Shown here piece after piece: positions 16,608 through 23,932 of a stretch of DNA of 23,932 nt. Every line of letters begins with the position of its first letter. Position 1 is the stretch's first letter. A model generated the notes under the pieces. The model did no database searches and was not told the origin of the DNA. It worked only from the letters and a program-made list of their open reading frames with translations. This DNA comes from an endosymbiont of Lamellibrachia barhami (GTDB taxonomy: Bacteria > Pseudomonadota > Gammaproteobacteria > Chromatiales > Chromatiaceae): contig NZ_JAAVSH020000001.1 of NCBI RefSeq assembly GCF_011947365.2, positions 3,356,697 to 3,380,628 on the forward strand, in the 5' to 3' direction. Position numbers and translations under genes: made by a program.

Positions 16608-17387
16608 ATGAGAGTTGCCCTAGGGGTTGAATACGACGGCGCGGCATTTCACGGCTGGCAGACCCAGGATGATGTGCGCAGTGTGCAGCAGTGCGTCGAA
16701 GAAGCCGTTTCCAGAGTGGCGGATCATCCTGTGAGGCTGCACTGTGCCGGAAGGACCGATACGGGGGTTCACGCAACAGGACAGGTGGTTCATTTTGAGA
16801 CGGAGGCGGTCAGGAGTCGCCGCTCCTGGATATTGGGGACAAATGTCAATTTGCCGGGAGATGTCAGCATTGCCTGGGCACGAGAGATGCCGGACGATTT
16901 TCATGCACGTTTTTCGGCTATCGGGCGGCACTATCGCTATCACATTCTAAATCGGCCGATGCGTTCTGCTCTGTGGCGGGATCGTGCGGTCTGGGTGCAT
17001 CACCCCCTGGATGAATCGAGCATGCACCGGGCGGCGCAGGCACTGGTGGGTGAGCATGATTTCTCATCCTACAGGGCGTTGGGATGTCAGGCCAAACACC
17101 CGGTACGTACCCTTCACCGGCTAGATGTGAGCCGGGAAGGCGAGATGGTGGTGATCGATGTTCATGCCAATGCGTTTTTGCACCACATGGTGAGGAACAT
17201 TGCCGGTGTGCTGATGGCCATCGGTCGTGGAGAGCAGAGGGAATCCTGGGCACGACAGATCCTTGAGTTGCGTGATCGTACAAAAGGTGGCGTCACGGCC
17301 CCGCCGCAGGGACTCTATCTCACCAAAGTTGAGTACCCCGATAGCTATTCGTTACCTGACGCACCGGATATCTCATTGTCCGCGTAG
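16608..17387 (+). CDS. truA: tRNA pseudouridine(38-40) synthase
   Basis: 259 aa. Motifs: MRVALGVEYDGAAFHGWQTQ, the catalytic block CAGRTDTGVHATGQVVHF, RHYRY and FLHHMVRNIAG. Confidence 0.95.
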   Translation: MRVALGVEYDGAAFHGWQTQDDVRSVQQCVEEAVSRVADHPVRLHCAGRTDTGVHATGQVVHFETEAVRSRRSWILGTNVNLPGDVSIAWAREMPDDFHARFSAIGRHYRYHILNRPMRSALWRDRAVWVHHPLDESSMHRAAQALVGEHDFSSYRALGCQAKHPVRTLHRLDVSREGEMVVIDVHANAFLHHMVRNIAGVLMAIGRGEQRESWARQILELRDRTKGGVTAPPQGLYLTKVEYPDSYSLPDAPDISLSA

Positions 17388-17396
17388 CAGGGAGCG

Positions 17397-17460
17397 CCTG
17401 GTCCGCTACACTTGACCAGGCCTACATTTTGTAGGTCGGTTCAAGCGCAGCGGAACCGGC
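17397..17460. repeat. Cluster of three abutting hairpins, REP-like (…aggcctaca ttt tgtaggtcggttc…gaaccggc)
   Basis: Hairpin 1: cctggtc (17397-17403) / gaccagg (17414-17420). Hairpin 2: cctaca (17421-17426) / tgtagg (17430-17435). Hairpin 3: gtcggttc (17435-17442) / gaaccggc (17453-17460, one G-U pair). The tgtaggtcgg...ccggc form resembles enterobacterial/pseudomonad REP units. A further hairpin is tagcgc/gcgcta at 17507-17524. No T-tract is present, so this is not a classic terminator. Confidence 0.35.
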
Positions 17461-17545
17461 AACCCGATTCAGACAAACGCCACCTGACGGCGAGTTGTGA
17501 TTGGCGTAGCGCAGTCAGGCGCTATCCTGTATCTTTCCATGCTTT

Positions 17546-18172
17546 ATGAGAACCAGGATCAAAATCTGCGGTATCACCCGACCGGAAGACGCCCTTGTGG
17601 GCGTTCAGCAGGGGGCTGATGCGATTGGGTTGGTGTTCTATCCGCCCAGCCCAAGAGCGGTGAGTATGGAGCAGGCCAGGAAGATCGTCGAGGTTTTACC
17701 GGCATTTGTCACTGTAGTGGGCCTGTTTGTGGATGAGGATCGCGCGCGGATCGCAAGTCTGCTACAGGAGGTACATATCGATCTCCTGCAATTCCATGGG
17801 AAAGAGGATGCCGCGGCTTGTAAAGGCCACGGCAGACCCTGGATCAAGGCGGTGCGCATGCGCGATGGGATCGATCTGGCCGCCACGGCGAGTGAATTTC
17901 GAGGCGCAGCCGGGCTGCTGTTGGATGCCTATGAACCCGGTAAGCCAGGTGGCACAGGAACGGCCTTCGACTGGGAACGGATACCTGAGAATCTGGCCTC
18001 AAGGATCATCCTTGCCGGTGGATTGAATCCGGACAATATTGAAGCGGCTGTGCGGCAGGTTCACCCCTATGCGGTAGATGTGAGCGGCGGCGTCGAACAG
18101 TCCAAAGGCATCAAAGATGCTGGTAAAATAGCGGCCTTCATTGAAGGAGTGAAGCGTGGCGACAACAGCTGA
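17546..18172 (+). CDS. trpF: N-(5'-phosphoribosyl)anthranilate isomerase
   Basis: 208 aa. Motifs: [48 protein letters not shown] and DVSGGVE. Confidence 0.93.
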   Translation: MRTRIKICGITRPEDALVGVQQGADAIGLVFYPPSPRAVSMEQARKIVEVLPAFVTVVGLFVDEDRARIASLLQEVHIDLLQFHGKEDAAACKGHGRPWIKAVRMRDGIDLAATASEFRGAAGLLLDAYEPGKPGGTGTAFDWERIPENLASRIILAGGLNPDNIEAAVRQVHPYAVDVSGGVEQSKGIKDAGKIAAFIEGVKRGDNS

Positions 18173-19373
18173 AAAGATTATTGGCACCCAGCCGGACGAT
18201 AGAGGCCATTTCGGTGTCTATGGCGGCTTGTTCGTGGCAGAAACCCTGATGGAACCCCTCAAGGATTTGCGCCTTGCCTATGAGAAATATATGCAGGACC
18301 CGGAGTTTCTCAAGGAGCTCGATGAGGATCTCGCCAACTATGTAGGGCGGCCCTCCCCAATCTATTTTGCGCAGCGCTGGAGCCGGGAATTGGGTGGCGC
18401 ACGCATCTATCTGAAACGCGAGGATCTGAATCATACCGGCGCGCATAAGGTCAACAACACCATCGGCCAGGCGCTGCTGGCAAAGCGCATGGGCAAGACC
18501 CGAATCATCGCCGAGACCGGTGCCGGCCAGCATGGTGTGGCGACCGCTACGGTAGCTGCCAGGATGGGGTTGGAGTGTGTGGTCTATATGGGGGCTGTCG
18601 ATATAGTCCGCCAGGAGGCCAACGTCTACCGCATGAAACTGCTGGGCGCCGAGGTCCGATCAGTGGAGTCGGGATCCAAAACCCTGAAGGATGCGCTCAA
18701 TGAGGCGATGCGGGATTGGGTCACCAATATCGATGATACCTTCTATATCATCGGCACCGTTGCCGGCCCCCATCCCTATCCGGCCATGGTGAGGGATTTT
18801 CAGACCGTGATCGGTCGTGAAGCAAGGGAGCAGATTCAACAGCAGGCTGGCCGGCTGCCTGATGTTCTGGTTGCCTGTGTCGGTGGCGGTTCCAACGCGA
18901 TAGGTCTCTTCTACCCGTTCCTCGATGATGCGGCAGTTGATATCTACGGCGTGGAAGCGGCTGGAGATGGGTTGGAAACCGGACATCACGCGGCGCCGCT
19001 CTGTGTCGGAAAGCCGGGTGTATTGCATGGAAACCGCACCTATCTGATGGAGGACAAGGATGGCCAGATCATCGAAACCCACTCCATCTCTGCCGGTCTC
19101 GATTATCCTGGTGTCGGCCCTGAACACGCCTGGCTGAAAGATACCGGGCGGGCGCAGTATGTGGCGATTACGGATGAAGAGGCGCTGGATGCCTTCCACG
19201 CTTTGACCAAAATAGAGGGGATCATCCCCGCGCTGGAGTCGAGTCATGCGCTGGCCTACGCGGCCAAACTTGCACCTGCAATGGAGAGTGACAAAATCAT
19301 CCTGGTCAACCTTTCCGGACGGGGGGACAAGGATATGCATACCGTGGCGGCACGGGAGGGCATCGAGATATGA
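18156..19373 (+). CDS. trpB: Tryptophan synthase beta chain
   Basis: 405 aa from a GTG start at 18156, overlapping trpF by 17 nt. Motifs: [36 protein letters not shown] (PLP lysine), [12 protein letters not shown] and GGGSNAIG. Confidence 0.96.
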   Translation: MATTAEKIIGTQPDDRGHFGVYGGLFVAETLMEPLKDLRLAYEKYMQDPEFLKELDEDLANYVGRPSPIYFAQRWSRELGGARIYLKREDLNHTGAHKVNNTIGQALLAKRMGKTRIIAETGAGQHGVATATVAARMGLECVVYMGAVDIVRQEANVYRMKLLGAEVRSVESGSKTLKDALNEAMRDWVTNIDDTFYIIGTVAGPHPYPAMVRDFQTVIGREAREQIQQQAGRLPDVLVACVGGGSNAIGLFYPFLDDAAVDIYGVEAAGDGLETGHHAAPLCVGKPGVLHGNRTYLMEDKDGQIIETHSISAGLDYPGVGPEHAWLKDTGRAQYVAITDEEALDAFHALTKIEGIIPALESSHALAYAAKLAPAMESDKIILVNLSGRGDKDMHTVAAREGIEI

Positions 19374-20179
19374 GTCGTATCAGTCAGAGATTCAATGATC
19401 TGCGGGAACAGGGCAAAACCGCATTGATCCCCTTTATCACCGCCGGTGATCCGACCCCTGGGATAACTGTCGGTTTGATGCATGACATGGTTTCTTCGGG
19501 TGCTGACCTGATTGAATTGGGCGTGCCTTTTTCTGATCCCATGGCGGATGGCCCTGTCATTCAGCGGGCCAGTGAAAGGGCATTGGAGCACCATGTCGGT
19601 CTGCATGATATTTTTCAGATGGTTAAGACCTTCCGGGAGAGAGATCAGAATACTCCGGTGGTTTTGATGGGTTATCTCAATCCGATCGAGGTCATGGGTT
19701 ACGCCACCTTTGCCGGGGCAGCCAGTGCCGCAGGCGTCGACGGCGTGCTGATCGTCGATATTCCGCCGGAAGAGGGGGAAGATCTGTTGCAGTCACTGCG
19801 TGATAAGGCAATAGACCAGATCTATCTGTTGGCGCCGACGAGTACCCCTGGTCGAATTGGTAAGATCTGCAATGCGGCGAGTGGTTTTGTCTATTATGTC
19901 TCCGTCAAGGGCGTAACCGGCTCCAGCCAGCTGGATACCGCTGCGGTAGCGGAAAAGCTGGAGCAGATCAGGGAGAAAACAGCTCTTCCCGTGGGGGTTG
20001 GATTCGGCATCAAGGATGCAGCGACAGCAGCAGCAGTTTCTCAGCTTGCTGATGCGGTCGTCGTCGGTAGCGTCTTGGTATCCCGGGTTGAGGCGCTGCA
20101 AGAGACACCGGATGAAATCGGTCCTGCGCTGGCGGAAATTTTGTCCGGTATGCGCAGGGCAATGGATGCTGTTCATTAA
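19370..20179 (+). CDS. trpA: Tryptophan synthase alpha chain
   Basis: 269 aa with an ATGA overlap with trpB. Motifs: [38 protein letters not shown] and PVGVGFGI. Confidence 0.96.
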   Translation: MSRISQRFNDLREQGKTALIPFITAGDPTPGITVGLMHDMVSSGADLIELGVPFSDPMADGPVIQRASERALEHHVGLHDIFQMVKTFRERDQNTPVVLMGYLNPIEVMGYATFAGAASAAGVDGVLIVDIPPEEGEDLLQSLRDKAIDQIYLLAPTSTPGRIGKICNAASGFVYYVSVKGVTGSSQLDTAAVAEKLEQIREKTALPVGVGFGIKDAATAAAVSQLADAVVVGSVLVSRVEALQETPDEIGPALAEILSGMRRAMDAVH

Positions 20180-20221
20180 GGCTCCTGACTTCTGGCACAT
20201 TTATGAGGTAGAATCTCACCC

Positions 20222-21082
20222 ATGAGTTGGTTCGAAAAATTGATGCCAAGCCGCATTCGTACAGATGGCGGCAGCAAACGGGCGGTTCCCGAAGGTCTTT
20301 GGGACAAGTGTCCAGGGTGCAATGCGATTCTCTATCGTGCAGAGATGGAGCGGAACCTGGATGTCTGTCCTAAATGCAACCATCACAATCGTTTGGGCGC
20401 CCGGCGTCGGCTGGAGTCGTTTCTCGATCCGGAGCCGTTGGAGGAGATTGCATCGTCTCTTGAATCGGTCGATCCCCTGAAGTTCAAAGACAGCAAGAAG
20501 TACAAGGATCGTCTGAGTCAGGCGCAGAAAAACTCCGGTGAAAAAGATGCGCTGGTAGTGATGCGCGGCCAGCTCAAGGGGCTGGAAGTGGTTGTGGCGG
20601 CTTTTGAATTCAGCTTCATGGCTGGCTCCATGGGCTCAGTGGTCGGCGAACGCTTTGTGCGTGCGGTGAGTGTCGCTCTGGAACGCCATATCCCGCTGAT
20701 CTGTTTCTCTGCCAGTGGTGGCGCCCGCATGCAGGAGTCGCTCTTCTCTCTGATGCAGATGGCAAAAACCAGCGCTGCCCTGGATCGGTTACAGAAGCGC
20801 GGCTTGCCCTATATCTCTGTTATGACCGACCCAACCATGGGTGGTGTTTCTGCCAGTCTTGCCATGCTGGGTGACATCAATTTGGCAGAGCCTAAAGCTC
20901 TGGTCGGCTTCGCCGGTCCCAGGGTCATTGAACAGACCGTCCGGGAGACCCTGCCGGAGGGGTTTCAGCGCAGCGAGTTCCTGCTGGAGCATGGTGCGAT
21001 CGATATGATCATTGATCGTCGCGACATGCGTGACCGCATCGCCGATCTGTTAAGCATATTCATGCACAAGCCACGCCCATAG
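20222..21082 (+). CDS. accD: Acetyl-CoA carboxylase carboxyltransferase beta subunit
   Basis: 286 aa. The opening MSWFEKLMP...[37 protein letters not shown] contains the Zn-ribbon CxxC..CxxC. Also present: [14 protein letters not shown] and [10 protein letters not shown]. Confidence 0.96.
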   Translation: MSWFEKLMPSRIRTDGGSKRAVPEGLWDKCPGCNAILYRAEMERNLDVCPKCNHHNRLGARRRLESFLDPEPLEEIASSLESVDPLKFKDSKKYKDRLSQAQKNSGEKDALVVMRGQLKGLEVVVAAFEFSFMAGSMGSVVGERFVRAVSVALERHIPLICFSASGGARMQESLFSLMQMAKTSAALDRLQKRGLPYISVMTDPTMGGVSASLAMLGDINLAEPKALVGFAGPRVIEQTVRETLPEGFQRSEFLLEHGAIDMIIDRRDMRDRIADLLSIFMHKPRP

Positions 21083-21112
21083 CCCCCCTCTTTCTTCAAC
21101 ACCCTACCCAAC

Positions 21113-22402
21113 ATGCGTTTTAACAGTCTGGACGACTGGTTGACGTGGCAGTCGTCACTTCATCCGCACGAGATCGAGTTGGGACTCGATCGTGTCGACA
21201 GTGTCTGGCAGCGTATGAGGCCTTCAGGGCTTGCATCTCCGGTAGTGACGATCGCGGGAACCAATGGCAAGGGTTCCTCTGTTGCCATGCTGGAGTCGAT
21301 CTTCATGCAGGCAGGTTATCGCACCGGCGCTTACACCTCCCCCCATTTGGTTCACTACAATGAGCGTGTGCGGCTGAATGGCATCCCAGTGTCGGATGAG
21401 CAGTTGTGCTGTGCCTTCCAACGCGTGGATGATGCGCGGGGTGAAGTCGCATTAACCTATTTTGAGTTCGGTACCCTGGCGGCACTGGATATTTTCGCTG
21501 AATTGACGCCGGACCTGGTGATTCTGGAAGTCGGGCTTGGAGGACGTCTCGATGCGGCGAATATCATCGATGCGGATGTAGCGGTGATCACCACGGTTGC
21601 GCTGGACCATACCGATTGGCTGGGAGAGACCCTGGACCAGATCGGTGCGGAGAAGGCGGGCATCATGCGTGGCAATCGTCCGGTGATCATGGCTGATAAA
21701 GGATTGCCGGTTTCTGTCTATCAGCATGCAGAGTCGATTGGGGCGATCCAGTGTCGGGTGGACGTGGATTTTCATGCCACTCCAAGTGATGATGGATGGC
21801 ACTGGGAAGGCGGTTGCCAAGAATATCCCAATCTGCCAATGCCTGCGTTACCAGGGGCGTTTCAATTGCAAAATGCCGCTGCGGTGCTGGCGGTTGTCGA
21901 ACAACTTTCTTCCCGAATAGCTGTCGAACCACAAGACGTAACAAAGGGTTTGGCCTCTGTGCGTTTGGCTGGCCGCTATCAGTTGATAGACGGGGATGTT
22001 CCTGTGGTGCTGGATGTGGCGCATAACATTCAGGCGGCTGAGGCGCTGAGGGATAATCTACGGGAGAGTGCTGCGAAAGGGTCTGTGCTGGCCGTTTTCG
22101 CCATGCTGGCGGACAAGGATATCGCCGGGGTGATCCAGGTACTGGACCAGGACGTGGACAGTTGGTATCTGGTGGAGTTGTCCGGTAGCCGCTCTTGTAC
22201 GGCGGAGCAGCTTGAGACAGCGTTACGAAAGGCCGGTAGCGATAGCAGAGTCTGCCGATTTGCCTCGGTAAACGATGGCTTGCAGGCAGCAATGGCTAAT
22301 GCTGGCAGGGATGATCGGGTCTTGGTATTCGGTTCGTTCCTTATCGTTGGCAAAGCACTGCAATATCTGGAGCCAGTCGCCAATGTTTTTGTGGGCGCCT
22401 GA
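21113..22402 (+). CDS. folC: Bifunctional folylpolyglutamate synthase / dihydrofolate synthase
   Basis: 429 aa. Motifs: LDDWLTWQSSLHPHEIELGLDRV, the P-loop IAGTNGKGS, YTSPHLVHYNERV, EVGLGGRLDA and LDVAHN. Confidence 0.93.
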   Translation: MRFNSLDDWLTWQSSLHPHEIELGLDRVDSVWQRMRPSGLASPVVTIAGTNGKGSSVAMLESIFMQAGYRTGAYTSPHLVHYNERVRLNGIPVSDEQLCCAFQRVDDARGEVALTYFEFGTLAALDIFAELTPDLVILEVGLGGRLDAANIIDADVAVITTVALDHTDWLGETLDQIGAEKAGIMRGNRPVIMADKGLPVSVYQHAESIGAIQCRVDVDFHATPSDDGWHWEGGCQEYPNLPMPALPGAFQLQNAAAVLAVVEQLSSRIAVEPQDVTKGLASVRLAGRYQLIDGDVPVVLDVAHNIQAAEALRDNLRESAAKGSVLAVFAMLADKDIAGVIQVLDQDVDSWYLVELSGSRSCTAEQLETALRKAGSDSRVCRFASVNDGLQAAMANAGRDDRVLVFGSFLIVGKALQYLEPVANVFVGA

Positions 22403-22424
22403 TATACTCTCCTAATACGATTTA

Positions 22425-22985
22425 TTGATTTCTGACAGGTATCCGGTTTTGGAGGAGAGGCTTAAACGCAGGTTGATAGGTGGAACGGTGCTGGTTTCGC
22501 TGGTGGTTATATTTGTACCCATGCTGCTGGAAACTCCGGCCAAGCTGAATAAAGCGATCAAAGGCACCAACATACCGGCAATGCCGAAAAAGTCTGTCGG
22601 GGCTGAAGTCAATATCCTGCCATCGTTTGATCAATCGGTCTCACGAAATGAGAGCAGCCTGGAAATCGTGCCGAAAAAGCCGAAACCTGCTGCCACATCC
22701 AGCAACAATAAAACGGGGAAAATTGCGCGAACCACTCCGTCAGCCTGGATGATTCAGGTGGCTAGTTTCAGCAATAAAAAAAATGCCGACAAACTGGTCA
22801 AGCGGCTAAAAAAGGGAGATCTGCCTGCACATATCGAATTCACATCGGTTCAGGGTAAACGATTCTATCGTGTGCGGGTTGGCCCGGAAGTCGACCGAAA
22901 ACTTGCAGAGAAGATGGTTAAGCGTATAAATAGAGACTATATAGATGAGATCAGGAAGAAGGTCAGTCTGATTCGTTATCCTTAG
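22425..22985 (+). CDS. SPOR-domain cell-division protein (DedD-like)
   Basis: It has an N-terminal TM segment LKRRLIGGTVLVSLVVIFVPMLLE, a low-complexity linker and a C-terminal SPOR-like block WMIQVASFSNKKNADKLVKRLKKGDLPAHIEF....KRFYRVRVGPEVDRKLAEKM. The position after folC matches dedD. No in-frame ATG precedes the TM segment, so the start is uncertain: TTG at 22425, 22449 (after which ggaggagagg lies) or 22473. Confidence 0.72.
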   Translation: MISDRYPVLEERLKRRLIGGTVLVSLVVIFVPMLLETPAKLNKAIKGTNIPAMPKKSVGAEVNILPSFDQSVSRNESSLEIVPKKPKPAATSSNNKTGKIARTTPSAWMIQVASFSNKKNADKLVKRLKKGDLPAHIEFTSVQGKRFYRVRVGPEVDRKLAEKMVKRINRDYIDEIRKKVSLIRYP

Positions 22986-22991
22986 GAATCG

Positions 22992-23909
22992 ATGGTAGTT
23001 ATGGATTTTACAGGTACAGCTCAACGCGCGATGGGGATCTGGGGAGAGTCAGGTCGCCCCGGGTGGTTGGATCAATTGGTCAGCCGTACTTTACCCAAAG
23101 TTGCGTTGCTGGTACTTGTGGTTCTGGTTGCCTATGTTCTGGCCCAGATCACCTGGCAGGTGATACCTGTCCCCGCTGAACAGCATATCGTTCGTAGCGG
23201 GGAGGTGCTCACTGGAACGAAACACCCTGGCCGCTCCCTTAAAGATCAGTCGGACCGTCTCTCCGCTCTGCATGTGTTCGGCCGGCCAGGGGCCATAAAA
23301 AGAAGCGCCCCGATGGTTGTAGAGCGAGCACCCGAGACAAGCCTTAACCTGACGCTGCATGGCGTTTTTGCCGATACTAAACCTGAACTTGGCGCTGCAA
23401 TCATCGGCAAGGCTGGCTCAGAGCAGGAGTATTACAAGGTTGGCAAGAAGATTATGGGTGGGGTTACTCTGCAGGCGGTGCATGAAGACCGTGTTGTATT
23501 GCTCAGAAATGGTCAGTCGGAGGTGCTGCATTTCCCTAGGGCTTCCAAGTCTGTGGTAACCAGCAGCAGATCGAGATCTGCATCCAAGGCATCGTCTTCC
23601 TCTTCTCTGGGCACATACAAGGAGATGTTCAAGCGCGAACCGTTGAAGATTTTTCAACATCTTCGTTTCGTACCGGTTCGCACGGGCAAACAGTTGAAGG
23701 GTTATCGAATTTTGCCGCAGAAAAACCGGGATCTCTATAATCGTCTTGGTGTACGGCCATCCGACCTCGTCACTTCTGTCAATGGTGTTCCGTTAAATGA
23801 TGACAGGCAGGCGATGGGCCTGATCAAAGATCTGCAATCAGCGGATAGCATTGATCTGGTGGTTTTGCGTCAAGGCCAGCAGACGACGCTGTCGCTGGAT
23901 CTAAATTAA
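22992..23909 (+). CDS. gspC: Type II secretion system protein C (GspC)
   Basis: 305 aa. It has an N-terminal TM anchor LPKVALLVLVVLVAYVLAQITWQVIPVP and a central HR-like region (LNLTLHGVF..AIIG....YKVGKKIMGGVTLQAVHEDRVVLLRNGQSEVLHF). The C-terminal PDZ-like domain is KGYRILPQKNRDLYNRLGVRPSDLVTSVNGVPLND. Confidence 0.8.
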   Translation: MVVMDFTGTAQRAMGIWGESGRPGWLDQLVSRTLPKVALLVLVVLVAYVLAQITWQVIPVPAEQHIVRSGEVLTGTKHPGRSLKDQSDRLSALHVFGRPGAIKRSAPMVVERAPETSLNLTLHGVFADTKPELGAAIIGKAGSEQEYYKVGKKIMGGVTLQAVHEDRVVLLRNGQSEVLHFPRASKSVVTSSRSRSASKASSSSSLGTYKEMFKREPLKIFQHLRFVPVRTGKQLKGYRILPQKNRDLYNRLGVRPSDLVTSVNGVPLNDDRQAMGLIKDLQSADSIDLVVLRQGQQTTLSLDLN

Positions 23910-23932
23910 ATCAATGTCGATCAAGCAGTGTT

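Noticed and set aside
20185-20214. Sigma70-like promoter (ctgact-N18-tagaat) between trpA and accD
   Set aside because: The hexamers are plausible, but a start about 7 nt downstream would leave essentially no leader or RBS before ATG 20222. The evidence is too weak to annotate.
23914-23932. ATG-initiated ORF start (MSIKQC…) after gspC, possibly gspD
   Set aside because: Only 6 codons are in the window, so there is no evidence beyond position.
1-23932. Scan for tRNA/rRNA genes, CRISPR arrays, transposases or integrases, and toxin-antitoxin or defence-system gene pairs
   Set aside because: No cloverleaf-like or rRNA-like sequences were seen. There are no regularly spaced direct repeats with spacers. 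No ORF has recognisable transposase, integrase or defence-system motifs, and all sizeable ORFs are accounted for by housekeeping genes.

Overview
This window is a housekeeping chromosomal segment of about 55% GC. By gene content and order it looks gammaproteobacterial; the organism cannot be named from sequence alone. Almost everything is on the + strand and tightly packed: tolC' (3' end), aroC, an HcaT-like MFS transporter, rsmJ, rlmG, then a second diverged copy of (rsmJ 3' part + rlmG). A LysR regulator lies on the - strand, divergent from leuC. After it come leuC, leuD, a small GxxExxY / PD-(D/E)XK gene, leuB, asd, usg (an Asd paralog), fimV/hubP, truA, trpF, trpB, trpA, accD, folC, a SPOR (DedD-like) protein and gspC. 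The leu-asd-usg-fimV-truA-trpF...accD-folC-dedD order matches the arrangement known from Pseudomonas and partly from E. coli (usg-truA-dedA-accD-folC-dedD). No rRNA, tRNA, CRISPR array or classical IS/transposase was seen. Two things are not ordinary. (1) There is an old 2.08-kb head-to-tail tandem duplication (2758-4835 / 4839-6925). It produced two intact rlmG paralogs with 28 nt differences in 1128 nt, an in-frame orphan rsmJ 3' fragment, and an orphan lysR 3' fragment riddled with small indels. (2) A family of inverted-repeat elements built from a 9-bp unit (GCGTWCTTY / its complement) occupies three consecutive intergenic spacers of the leu cluster. The middle copy carries the GxxExxY nuclease-fold gene as cargo, and the two outer copies are cargo-less hairpins. 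Lesser points are a Usg paralog with the Asd catalytic Cys replaced by Ala, a LysR-type T-N11-A box in the lysR/leuC spacer with no leu leader peptide, a clean intrinsic terminator after fimV, a REP-like hairpin cluster after truA, and gspC abutting the conserved block where cvpA-purF is expected. Every homology call rests on recognising conserved motifs in the supplied translations; no database search was run.
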